Assembly (NCBI GenBank): GCA_031372065.1 | Contig: JANMKN010000141.1 | Coordinates: forward strand, 1 to 20,875 | Length of the DNA: 20,875 bases | From: Abditibacteriaceae bacterium | GTDB lineage: Bacteria; Armatimonadota; Abditibacteriia; Abditibacteriales; Abditibacteriaceae | Reading direction: 5' to 3' | Part shown: positions 1 through 8,516 of the stretch, in pieces | Layout of the letters: every line of letters starts with the position of its first letter | Position numbering within the stretch: the stretch's first letter is position 1 | The notes under the pieces: model-generated | Told to the model about the DNA's origin: nothing | Database searches by the model: none | The model's input: only the letters and a program-made list of their open reading frames with translations | Made by a program: the position numbers and the translations under genes

Positions 1-15
1 TAACAGGTAAGTTCT

Positions 16-58
16 CCTCTCCCCAGCGCAGCGATTGGGGGAGAGGTTGGGTGAGGGG
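16..58. repeat. REP-like palindrome (CCCCTCACCC-AACCTCTCCC...GGGAGAGG type)
   Basis: cctctcccc (16-24) pairs with ggggagagg (38-46), followed by ttgggtgagggg. This matches the layout of a widespread extragenic palindrome family. A second hairpin, gagcgac/gtcgctc, lies at 61-77. Confidence 0.7.
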
Positions 59-128
59 TCGAGCGACGCAGTCGCTCTTTGCTTCATCACAACAACACTA
101 CTCAACATGACTTGACGACATCAAGGGC

Positions 129-161
129 TATGGAGCGCGGGCAAGATACCCGCGCTCCATA
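129..161. repeat. Perfect 13-bp inverted repeat (GGAG-type REP-like), possible transcription stop/stabiliser for the minus-strand operon
   Basis: tatggagcgcggg (129-141), 7-nt loop, cccgcgctccata (149-161). It lies 25 bp downstream of the stop at 187. Confidence 0.7.
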
Positions 162-186
162 AAACGTGTCTTCTTACCGAGGGACT

Positions 187-1590
187 TTAAGGCAAAGTGG
201 CTTCAACCTCGCCGTCTTCGTTCATGATAATGACGAGGTTGCCTTCCTCGCGACAAGCCATAGCCGCACCTAAATCGCCGCCGGGACGACGCACTTCGAC
301 GGTGCCGCCATCTTCGATCACGCGCAACGAGGCACGGTTTAGTCCTGTTTCTCCGGCGACTCCGACGATGCCGCCTTCTTCATTGGTGCCGACATGAGCT
401 TGCACGGTTTCATCGTGATTATAAATGTTGAGGTTGCCGCCGTATTCATCAGAGAACAGCATGGCTATAGGGCGCCCTTTGGCATCATACAACAAGAAGC
501 GCCCGCCTTGCTCGGCGGATTCCACAGCAGCAACTGTATTTCCCTCGACATCGAAAAGGCCAAGCAAAGCGCCTTTTGCATTGGCATCCATTAAAATAGT
601 AGGTTTGCCATTCGCGTCGTGCAACGCGAGGCGCCCGGAATGCTGACTGCAAGACAGAAAGACCTGACTTTTGTTGTTGATTGAATCCACGCCCAACATC
701 CCGCCATTTTCATCAACGAAGCTAAAGATTCCAGCATCGCCATTCTTATTACTCAACCTGAAGGCGCCGCCACTTTCAAGGTTTTCCAGCGCTGCTGTGG
801 TTTTGCCGCTCTTATGACGCACCGATACATAACCGCCAAATTCATCGTGACGCAGCATGACATCGCCTTTATGATGGCATGCAGAAAGCGCCACCACACC
901 GCCCTCTTCATCAACGGTCATCGTAGAACCGGCCTCCATATCTTTGGCAAACAAAGCGAAAAGTGGCTTATCATCGGCGTAAACCATCGAAATACGCGGC
1001 TTTCCTTTCGCATCGCCTACGACCATGAGTCCGCCATTGGGTGTGGACATCAGGGTGACTTGCTTTTTCCCTGTGGGCGTATAAATCTCCACATATCCAC
1101 CGTCTTTATCGCTGCGCAGGGTGCCAACGGCATCGCCTTTGTCTGTCGTGACTGATACCACGCCGCCAGTCGGTATAGATTTTATGCCCGCTGCGGGTTT
1201 TCCTTTGGGCGCATAAGTGCAAAGATAACCGTGATCGTTAAGCGCGCCCCCCACGACGCGCACATGACCATCGGCGCCCCTTAACTCGATTTCGCCGGCA
1301 GAATCTTTCACTTGCAGCGTGACTTTGGCCTTTTCCTTGGTATCGCATAGCTCCAAATGAGCGCCTTCATTGGCTTCGCACGCTAATTTGCCGCGATATT
1401 CGTTGTTGTCGTCCACGATAGTCACACCGCGCACACGCAAACGCGCCTTTGTGCGCCTGCTATCGGGCAAGGGATTACAGCCGAGGTAATCCAGCAATCT
1501 ATCGAAGTCCTTTTGCAGCGTCTTAATGACTTCTTCTTGAGCCACAAGGCGTTCTTCCAGCGCCGCGATGTGTTGATCTTTCTCGTCCAT
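187..1590 (-). CDS. Hypothetical protein: N-terminal coiled coil followed by ~18-19 tandem 22-aa beta-strand repeats
   Basis: 467-aa ORF with a GGAAG SD-like sequence upstream, 18 bp after the GH127 stop. Repeat units include LALHDANGKPTILMDANAKGAL and FLLYDAKGRPIAMLFSDEYGGN. Confidence 0.85.
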   Translation of the reverse strand: MDEKDQHIAALEERLVAQEEVIKTLQKDFDRLLDYLGCNPLPDSRRTKARLRVRGVTIVDDNNEYRGKLACEANEGAHLELCDTKEKAKVTLQVKDSAGEIELRGADGHVRVVGGALNDHGYLCTYAPKGKPAAGIKSIPTGGVVSVTTDKGDAVGTLRSDKDGGYVEIYTPTGKKQVTLMSTPNGGLMVVGDAKGKPRISMVYADDKPLFALFAKDMEAGSTMTVDEEGGVVALSACHHKGDVMLRHDEFGGYVSVRHKSGKTTAALENLESGGAFRLSNKNGDAGIFSFVDENGGMLGVDSINNKSQVFLSCSQHSGRLALHDANGKPTILMDANAKGALLGLFDVEGNTVAAVESAEQGGRFLLYDAKGRPIAMLFSDEYGGNLNIYNHDETVQAHVGTNEEGGIVGVAGETGLNRASLRVIEDGGTVEVRRPGGDLGAAMACREEGNLVIIMNEDGEVEATLP

Positions 1591-1608
1591 GAGCTTCCTT
1601 TAAACTCC

Positions 1609-3867
1609 TTATTTTTCAAACGCGCCGAGTTCGGCGCACGAAGAAAACGCTTGATTGATATTGTCGCCACAAGCTGGTTTGCCAACCACGCGCACCGCAA
1701 AAATTGAAAGCGGCGCGTCCAACTTCAAGGTGAATTTTTGGCCGTCTTTCAAGCCTTTGCTGTCTGTCGCGGTGGTATTTGGATAATCTTTCAGTTCGCC
1801 GATGGTTTCCCACGCGCCCTCTTTGCTTTTCTTGACTTGAAGCTGCGGCTTGTTGCCCGAAGCATCGAACCAACCGCCATCGTGGAAGGTTTTGCCGTGC
1901 GCGTAAACGATGCGCTGTGCCATCAGCGGCTTTTCGAGTTGGATGGCAAACCAGTCTTCGTTTTGTTTGGTGCCATCAAACGTGACGACGAAACTATCGG
2001 TTTCGCCATCGAGAATGGAGCCGTTGAGGTTACCTTCGCGCGAACGCGTTTCGCTTCCCAACGCCAACGCGTCATCGGGCGCAAAATTGCCCGGAGCGCG
2101 CAGCCAAACCGCAAAGCGCCCGCCGCTTGCGCCCGCTTGGGCAAACGGCACAAAGACGGCGTTTTTTGTGGTGCCGTCTTTAAAGGCAATCGGTGCTTCA
2201 AATTTATTGTCACCTTTTGGTGTCACCGTCGCGTTTTTCGCTAAAGCGACAAGCCGCACCGGAGGCAAAGTGGGATTAAGTTTTTCATCGTAAGCCAGAA
2301 CAAACGGCCCATATTGCAGCGCGGCGCGTCCTTCATTTGTGTGGTGACCCTGCCACAATTTAATATCCAAAATTTCAGTTACAGCTTTCTCTTTCTCTAT
2401 TCTGTCTGCCGACTCTTCCAACCAACCTTTGGCGATCTTTGGAAAGGGCCAAGGGCTGCCGGATGCGTCATATGTAATGTTTTGTGACACACGAAAGCGA
2501 ACATTTACTTTCTGTGCCCCATCAGTTTGAATTTTGAATAATGTTCGAGGGCGCGGGACTTGAACGAAGTTTTTGGAAACATCCCAATGTTGCCCCAACC
2601 AATCGAATTTGGCTTCGGCGTATTCGCGTAAATTTACCACAAGTTCTGGTTTGCCTTGCTCATCTTTGCCTTTAAAAAACACCATCTGTGGCAAAAGTGC
2701 CATCGCGCGTGGGCCGCTGCTCAGGCAGCAATTGGTGGCATTGCCATACGGTTTGGTGCCTTCGAGCGGCGTGTAGTAGCACCATTGCGAGCCGTCCGGC
2801 AGTTGCGCGCCCGCCAAGTGGTTGTAATAGGCGCGTTCGATTTCGTCGCCGTATTTGGCTTCGCCGGTCAAACGCAAAAGCTGCCAGTTGAGTTGAATCC
2901 ATGTCGTCGTGACGCAGGTTTCGCCCATGTTGGCGGCGTTGTTAGAAGGTAATTCATGGTCGGCATGAAAATGTTCATGCGAACTCGCCGTTCCGGTGAT
3001 ATAACGCTGATTTTCCACGATGTCCAGCCACGCTTTTTTCGGCGCGTCCAGATATTTCACATCGCCTGTCGCGCGCGCCAATTCGCAAAGGCCGACCAAG
3101 TTCGAGAGCATCTCGTAGGCTTTGCCGTTGGCCGTCTGATTTACTTTGCCCTTTTCCGTCAGCGTCTTGATAATCTTCGGGCCGTTCGGCTCGTCCCACG
3201 ATTGCACAATGTATTTCGCGAAGTCGAGATATTTTTCCTCACCGGTTGCGCGATAAAGCAAAACTATCGGCTCCAAAACGCTGGTGGCGGCCATGCCCAT
3301 ATGCGTGCCCGCCGCAAGAATGCTTTTCTTGCCCGGCCCGAAAGTATTTAGCAACAAATCGCCCATTTTGCGTGAAGAAGCCAGAGCTGCTTCGTTGCCC
3401 GTATATTCGTGATAAGTGAGCAAGCCGATGAGATTATATTTATGCACCCATACATCCCAATCGGCGCCGGAATAAAGGCCAAAGCGCTTGTCTTTAACGT
3501 AAGTGCCCAAATAGCCGTCGGCTTCCTGCGTCTTGATGAGTTCGCTTGCCACGCGATCAATTTTTTCGCGCAGTTTCGCGTCGCCTGAGTTGGCCCACGC
3601 CAATGTTGCCGCGTGCAAAAATTTGCCGACGTGTTCGCCAATCCACGCCTGTTTGCCGGGACGATTACGAAAACCAGCCAACAAATCGTCTTCATCCACC
3701 ACTAAAAGGCGATTTTTCTCGTTATTTTGCACGCGCTCGCCCAAAAAGCCGCCAATTTTCACTGCCGAAGGCGGCAGAGCCTCCAAAACATCCGCCAATT
3801 TTGGCGAAATCGGCGCGGCAGAAACGGCACCGCACAAGACGGCGGAAAAGAAGAATAAATTTTTCAT
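1609..3867 (-). CDS. GH127 (HypBA1-like beta-L-arabinofuranosidase family) glycoside hydrolase, secreted, with C-terminal discoidin/F5-8-like domain
   Basis: Signal peptide (MKNLFFFSAVLCGAVSA). Family motifs: QEADGYLG, YITG..S.HEHF, ETC (metal ligands), EIERAYYN, NCC, ALQYGPFV. C-terminal beta-sandwich (DWFAIQL...RIVYAHG...VRVVG). Confidence 0.9.
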   Translation of the reverse strand: MKNLFFFSAVLCGAVSAAPISPKLADVLEALPPSAVKIGGFLGERVQNNEKNRLLVVDEDDLLAGFRNRPGKQAWIGEHVGKFLHAATLAWANSGDAKLREKIDRVASELIKTQEADGYLGTYVKDKRFGLYSGADWDVWVHKYNLIGLLTYHEYTGNEAALASSRKMGDLLLNTFGPGKKSILAAGTHMGMAATSVLEPIVLLYRATGEEKYLDFAKYIVQSWDEPNGPKIIKTLTEKGKVNQTANGKAYEMLSNLVGLCELARATGDVKYLDAPKKAWLDIVENQRYITGTASSHEHFHADHELPSNNAANMGETCVTTTWIQLNWQLLRLTGEAKYGDEIERAYYNHLAGAQLPDGSQWCYYTPLEGTKPYGNATNCCLSSGPRAMALLPQMVFFKGKDEQGKPELVVNLREYAEAKFDWLGQHWDVSKNFVQVPRPRTLFKIQTDGAQKVNVRFRVSQNITYDASGSPWPFPKIAKGWLEESADRIEKEKAVTEILDIKLWQGHHTNEGRAALQYGPFVLAYDEKLNPTLPPVRLVALAKNATVTPKGDNKFEAPIAFKDGTTKNAVFVPFAQAGASGGRFAVWLRAPGNFAPDDALALGSETRSREGNLNGSILDGETDSFVVTFDGTKQNEDWFAIQLEKPLMAQRIVYAHGKTFHDGGWFDASGNKPQLQVKKSKEGAWETIGELKDYPNTTATDSKGLKDGQKFTLKLDAPLSIFAVRVVGKPACGDNINQAFSSCAELGAFEK

Positions 3868-3912
3868 ATGTATCCAATCGTCAACTCAAAACTCTAACCT
3901 CAAAACTGCTGT

Positions 3913-5424
3913 TTATGCTCCCGCAATGCGCGCATAACGCGTCGGTTCGCAATCAAGCGCGGCATCCACCATTTTGCGCAGCATCATGCATTTGACATCG
4001 GCGAAAGCAGGATTGTCCCACAAGTTGCGGCGCTCTGTGGGGTCATTTTCCAAATCCCACAGTTCGCCATACTTTTCGTTGCGATACACGGTGATTTTAT
4101 AGCGTTCTTCGACCAACGTGCGCAAATGCAATCGTGTCGGCTGATGGCGAAACTCGCAGACTGCATAATCGCGCGCCGCTTCGCGCTCGCCCTGCCACAC
4201 ATCCAACTGGCTTACGCCGGTCATGCGCCCCGGAATATCCAGCCCAGCGGCGTCCAAAAACGTCGGCGCCAAATCAACGAGCGATTGAATCGCTTCGCTG
4301 GTTTGCCCGCCTTTTTGTCCCGGCATTTTCACGATGAAAGGCAGGCGCAACAAGTCTTCATAATGAAACGCGCCTTTGTAAAACAGGCCATGCTGGCCGA
4401 GAAAATGGCCGTGATCGGTGGTGAAAACCACGATGGTATTTTCGGCAATGCCCCGTTCCTCCAGCGAATCGAGGATGCGCCCGATTTGCTGATCCATAAA
4501 GCTCGTCATGCCGTAATAAATCGCCATGTCGCGCTTCATTTGGTGGGCGTCGGTCAGGTGCGAATGAAAGCCGTGATTGCCGTGCGGTGTTTCTTGCCAT
4601 GCCGAGAAATCGGCCTGCCCGCGTGCCTTTTGCGTTTCCTGAAAATGCGGCGGCAAAAGTTCCATTTCGCCGTCCTGCAAAGTGCCCGGCTCCATGTCGG
4701 CGGGGGCATACATCGTCGCCCACGGCTCCGGCACTAAATACGGCGGATGCGGGTCGTGAAAACTGGCCCACAAAAAGAATGGCTGCTTGTCGGCGAGGTG
4801 CTGTTCGATGTTGGCGATGCTGCGCTCTGCCGTCCATGTGGTGTAGTGAAATTCTTCTGGCAAATCCCAAACGTGTTCGCGCGGCGGCTTATTATTTTGC
4901 GGCCAATCCTGAAAATAATCGCGCCAGTTATGCAGGCCTTTTTCTTCCATCCACAGCGCATAATGACCGCCCGCGTGCGCTTCGTCGGCGTGCATTCGCG
5001 CTGTTTCGACGCGCGAAAAACCATACCAATCGCCGTGAAAATCGCGCCAGAAATCGAGATCGCGCAGCAGCGGCTGGCATTCGATGGAAGTTTGATCGGG
5101 CTTGTTTTTCAACGATTGAAAATGTGCTTTGCCAACCAAAGTCGTGGCATAACCAGCGCGTTGCAAGTCGTCGCCGAGTGTTGGAATGGCCTCGTCCAAT
5201 TTGGTGCCGAGCGTCCACGCGCCGTGCTGCGAAGGATACATCCCCGTGATGATGCTGGCACGCGTTGGCGTGCAAGTCGGGTTCGGACAATACGCGCGAT
5301 TAAAGCGCGTGCCTTCGCTGCAAAGGCGGTCAAGCGCAGGCGTTTTCAATTTTGGATTGACCGCGCCGAGCATACTAAAATGTTGCTGGTCACTGGTGAT
5401 GAGCAGGATGTTGGGGCGTGTCAT
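3913..5424 (-). CDS. Cys-type (formylglycine-dependent) S1 sulfatase, no signal peptide
   Basis: PNILLITSDQ, CTPTRASIITG (CxPxR), VGKAH, HDPHPP, TDHG, ELWDLENDP.E..NL. Confidence 0.95.
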   Translation of the reverse strand: MTRPNILLITSDQQHFSMLGAVNPKLKTPALDRLCSEGTRFNRAYCPNPTCTPTRASIITGMYPSQHGAWTLGTKLDEAIPTLGDDLQRAGYATTLVGKAHFQSLKNKPDQTSIECQPLLRDLDFWRDFHGDWYGFSRVETARMHADEAHAGGHYALWMEEKGLHNWRDYFQDWPQNNKPPREHVWDLPEEFHYTTWTAERSIANIEQHLADKQPFFLWASFHDPHPPYLVPEPWATMYAPADMEPGTLQDGEMELLPPHFQETQKARGQADFSAWQETPHGNHGFHSHLTDAHQMKRDMAIYYGMTSFMDQQIGRILDSLEERGIAENTIVVFTTDHGHFLGQHGLFYKGAFHYEDLLRLPFIVKMPGQKGGQTSEAIQSLVDLAPTFLDAAGLDIPGRMTGVSQLDVWQGEREAARDYAVCEFRHQPTRLHLRTLVEERYKITVYRNEKYGELWDLENDPTERRNLWDNPAFADVKCMMLRKMVDAALDCEPTRYARIAGA

Positions 5425-5460
5425 GGTGAAAAATTACAGCAAACTGGTGATAATATAAGC
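5425..5460. promoter_or_regulatory. Compact divergent promoter region, putative leaderless starts on both strands
   Basis: 36-bp gap with no SD on either strand. GATAAT (5449-5454) lies 6 nt before ATG 5461. TAATTT (minus strand, 5436-5431) lies 6 nt before ATG 5424. Confidence 0.45.
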
Positions 5461-5700
5461 ATGGAACAATCCCCCGATGCGCCGCAAGAAAAAAAACGAG
5501 AAAACGACAAACGCAGCGCGCTGCAACGTCATGTGGGGCGCCGCACTTCGGATTGGGTGATGCCCGTTTTGTTTTGGCTTATCGGTTTCTCAGCGATTCT
5601 CGTCGCGTGGCATTTTTACCAGCGCAATCTCGAACTTGAAGCCTTAAATGCCACTTACAAAGAGCAAATCCTACTGCTCGAACGTGAGCATAAAAAGTAA
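5461..5700 (+). CDS. Small bitopic membrane protein (79 aa): charged N-terminus, one TM helix, short coiled coil
   Basis: ATG 5461 is the non-overlapping start inside the 4747..5700 track ORF. TM segment WVMPVLFWLIGFSAILVAWHFY, then an LELEALNATYKEQILLLE heptad. Confidence 0.7.
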   Translation: MEQSPDAPQEKKRENDKRSALQRHVGRRTSDWVMPVLFWLIGFSAILVAWHFYQRNLELEALNATYKEQILLLEREHKK

Positions 5701-5724
5701 ATTCACCGCAGAGACACAGAGAAT

Positions 5725-7122
5725 CTATTCCGATTTATCTAAAATCAGAATCCAATCGTGCCCAATGCCTTTTGTCGGCGGCGTAAATTGCTTTTGATTT
5801 TCGCGCAGGAAGTCTTCGCTTTTCGTTAAATTTCCCGTGCGCGGATCGAACCAAGAAGCACTCCATTTGGCGCCAGACAACTTTGTTAAATCCACGGTAA
5901 ACGCGTTTCCAAGCGGACTATAAATAAAGGCGTAATCACCGCTTTGGCTGCGGGTGGCGCTCAAATACGAGCCGTCGTTTTTGTTTTCGCCCACGATTAA
6001 AGATTGATCGGGCACACGTTCTAAAACAGGGCGCGATTCGATAAGTTTGCGCGCCCATTGCATTTGCGCCGCGCCGGGCAACTGCAAGGCTTCGCGCCAC
6101 GGCGTGCGCGCCGACGAAACGGGCGGCAAATGGTCGGTGTTGAGAAATTGCCAAATGTCGTGGCAGCCATAAGTGTGGCCGCACGCGCCGGCACAGAGCG
6201 CCCAATACGCCGATTTGCGCACATCGTTTTCATCAAGATAACCGTTGTCTTTGTTGAATTTATTCGGATGATCTTCGTAGCCCGGTTCGCCATCCACACA
6301 AGGCTTTGTCGGCGCGAAATTGTAATCGCGCGCGATCATGTTGTAGTTGTCGCGGTCGCGCTCGTGGCCCGATTGCAGCATATTGAAATCGAGCCACGCT
6401 TCCTTGCCGACAAAAGCAACCGACGATTGCCCGCCGTTGGGATGATAAGTGATTAAATGCCTGTTGCCATCACCAGTTTTCAAGCCTGCGGCCATGTTTT
6501 CAATAATCGCTTTATGTGTTTCGTTTTCAATCGGGCGGTCACCGCCGACAATCCAGATAATCGGCTTGTCTTTGTAGCGCTTGCCTAAAAATTCGCCCCA
6601 CAGGCGCGCATTTTCGGGCGTAAAAATCGCCGGACCTTTGTCCCATTTCGGATTCCAATACGCGCCCCACGTCGGCAGCATTCCGATAACCAAACCTAAT
6701 TCCTGCGCGCGATTGACAATGCGGTCAACGTGCGCGAAATATTTTTCGTTGGGCCGAGTAGGGTCGTTATTTTCAAGCGGCAAATCACCGTTGCGATTGG
6801 GCACGGTTAAGCCGCCGTGTTCGGCTAAGACCACGGCCTGAATAACAGTGAAGCCTTTGGCGGCGCGGTCACACAAATAATGATCGCTTTCGTCGAAATC
6901 CAAGCGATGAAACAGGCTCCATGCCGTATCCGCCAAATAAAAAAATGGCGTGCCATCGGCACGGAGCAAAAAGCGTTTGTTGTCGCTGACACGCTGGGGC
7001 GAAAAATCATCGGGTTGGTCAATTTTCAAAGCATTGTCCTTTCGAGAAAGCGGGGCGCAGATGGCTGTGTTTGCCAGCACCGCTCCTGTTACACAAACAA
7101 AAATCAGCGGTGAAATTTTCAT
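5725..7122 (-). CDS. DUF4038 / GH140 (apiosidase-like) glycoside hydrolase with C-terminal putative collagen-binding-type domain
   Basis: Start reassigned to MKISPL (7122), which gives a signal peptide and no overlap with the TPR gene. Motifs: DGTPFFYLADTAW, KGFTVIQ, IWIVGGD, LITYHP, WLDFNMLQSGH, DGEPGYE, GHTYG, WFDPRTG. Confidence 0.88.
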   Translation of the reverse strand: MKISPLIFVCVTGAVLANTAICAPLSRKDNALKIDQPDDFSPQRVSDNKRFLLRADGTPFFYLADTAWSLFHRLDFDESDHYLCDRAAKGFTVIQAVVLAEHGGLTVPNRNGDLPLENNDPTRPNEKYFAHVDRIVNRAQELGLVIGMLPTWGAYWNPKWDKGPAIFTPENARLWGEFLGKRYKDKPIIWIVGGDRPIENETHKAIIENMAAGLKTGDGNRHLITYHPNGGQSSVAFVGKEAWLDFNMLQSGHERDRDNYNMIARDYNFAPTKPCVDGEPGYEDHPNKFNKDNGYLDENDVRKSAYWALCAGACGHTYGCHDIWQFLNTDHLPPVSSARTPWREALQLPGAAQMQWARKLIESRPVLERVPDQSLIVGENKNDGSYLSATRSQSGDYAFIYSPLGNAFTVDLTKLSGAKWSASWFDPRTGNLTKSEDFLRENQKQFTPPTKGIGHDWILILDKSE

Positions 7123-7136
7123 GAATGAGTTTGATG

Positions 7137-8492
7137 TTAGGGCGCGCCTTTTGTGTTTGCGCTCGCTTGGCTTTCGATTTTTTCGGCCATGCGCGGGCGA
7201 CCCATCGCGCGATGCAGCATCGCCAATTTTTCGCGAACTTCTTTCCATGTGGGCCTTAGTTCCAAGGCTTTTTGCAAATGCGGCAAGGCACTAACTAAAT
7301 CGCCTTGATTAACCAGCAGTTTAGCCAAGTCGCGTTGCAAATCGGCGTTGTCCGGCGAGGTTTGACAGCGCCGCACAACGAGGTTGCGCTGATTTTGGGC
7401 TTGGAAGATTTTCTGAAAAGTTTCGCGTTGTTTTTTCGCTTCGTCAGGTCGTTTTTGCGCTTTATAAATCTGCGCCAAATCGTAATGAGCTTCGCGGTAA
7501 TTGGGGTCAAGACTGATGGCTTTTTCCATGTGTTGTGCGGCTTGCGTTAAATCGTTGCGGCGCTGAAAAACTTTGCCCAAATAATAATAAGTTGCGCTGT
7601 TGGCGTTGCCAAGTTCCAATGCTTTGCGCAGATTGGTTTCAGCCCGTTTTAAGTTGTCGGAAGTGGGCGCGCTCGAAACATAAAGTGTGCCCAGCAAAGC
7701 GTATAAACCGGGCTGCTGTTTTTCGATGGTCAGAGCCTTTTCGAGCATCGCTTTTGCCGCCGCGAGGTTGCCTCCATCCAATTCGTAATAGGCCAACTGC
7801 TGCATGGCTAACGCGTTATTCGGCTGCAATTTTAAAACTTTGCGCCACGCTTTGACGATATTCGGGCGCAAACTTAATTCGGTGCAAGCACCCGCTACTT
7901 TTTCTTGTGCTTCGGCGGAATTTCCTGCTATCTTTTCGGCTTTTTCGACTAAAATCAGTGTTTTTTCTTGTTCGCCGCGCGCGGAATAAGCCTTTGCCAA
8001 ATTAAACACCAAATCAAGGTCTTGCGGCGTCAGCAGAAAGGCCGCTTTGAGGTGCGGCAAAGCCGCTTGCATATCGCCAAAACGCTCGTAGAAATTGCCC
8101 GCTGCGCCGCGCACTTTGGCGTTGCGCGGTGCCAAGCGCGCGGCGGTTTCCAGTTGATCTGCGGCGGCGTCGAATTGTTGCTTCAATGAAAGCGTGACAG
8201 CGGCTTGCAAATGTAATTCGGGGTCAAGGGGATTCTTCTTGAGAGCCGCCAAATTTTTGGCTTCGATGCCTTGTAAATCGCGCGTTGTCATCGGGCGCGT
8301 TTGGTTTTTCTCTTCGATTAAAGCCAATTCAGCGCCCGGCGGCAGGGATGGCAAAGTTGGCGAGACAGTGAGTGAAGGTGCTGCCTGATTTTGCAAAACT
8401 GCCAATTCCGTGGCATTGCGACGCCACAGCACCACAGACGCCAAAACGATTCCGGCCAAAAGAAAAAGAAGAAAGAATTGGCGTCGTTTCAT
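7137..8492 (-). CDS. Tetratricopeptide-repeat protein with N-terminal membrane anchor/signal
   Basis: MKRRQFFLLFLLAGIVLASVVLW, then multiple TPR units (e.g. YYYLGKVFQRRNDLTQAAQHMEKAISLDPNYREAHYDLAQIY). Confidence 0.92.
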   Translation of the reverse strand: MKRRQFFLLFLLAGIVLASVVLWRRNATELAVLQNQAAPSLTVSPTLPSLPPGAELALIEEKNQTRPMTTRDLQGIEAKNLAALKKNPLDPELHLQAAVTLSLKQQFDAAADQLETAARLAPRNAKVRGAAGNFYERFGDMQAALPHLKAAFLLTPQDLDLVFNLAKAYSARGEQEKTLILVEKAEKIAGNSAEAQEKVAGACTELSLRPNIVKAWRKVLKLQPNNALAMQQLAYYELDGGNLAAAKAMLEKALTIEKQQPGLYALLGTLYVSSAPTSDNLKRAETNLRKALELGNANSATYYYLGKVFQRRNDLTQAAQHMEKAISLDPNYREAHYDLAQIYKAQKRPDEAKKQRETFQKIFQAQNQRNLVVRRCQTSPDNADLQRDLAKLLVNQGDLVSALPHLQKALELRPTWKEVREKLAMLHRAMGRPRMAEKIESQASANTKGAP

Positions 8493-8516
8493 GGGCGAGG
8501 GTAGTTTACTGCGGGC

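Noticed and set aside
3885..3907. ctcaaaact repeated with a 14-bp period upstream of GH127
   Set aside because: Only two short copies, which cannot be distinguished from low-complexity intergenic sequence.
4747..5460. 317-aa plus-strand ORF and other long antisense ORFs (e.g. 4587-5249, 17886-18557)
   Set aside because: These are shadow frames of well-supported genes. Only the 5461-5700 tail looks real.
5701..5724. ttcaccgcagagacacagag, resembling half of a known type of intergenic repeat
   Set aside because: It is a single short arm with no partner in the window and no terminator structure.
7123..7248. Longer track starts for the DUF4038 gene (7248), pilin 2 (16980) and the large gene (17256)
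   Set aside because: They overlap a neighbouring gene or promoter, or lack an SD. The downstream ATGs give proper signal peptides and, for the latter two, an SD.
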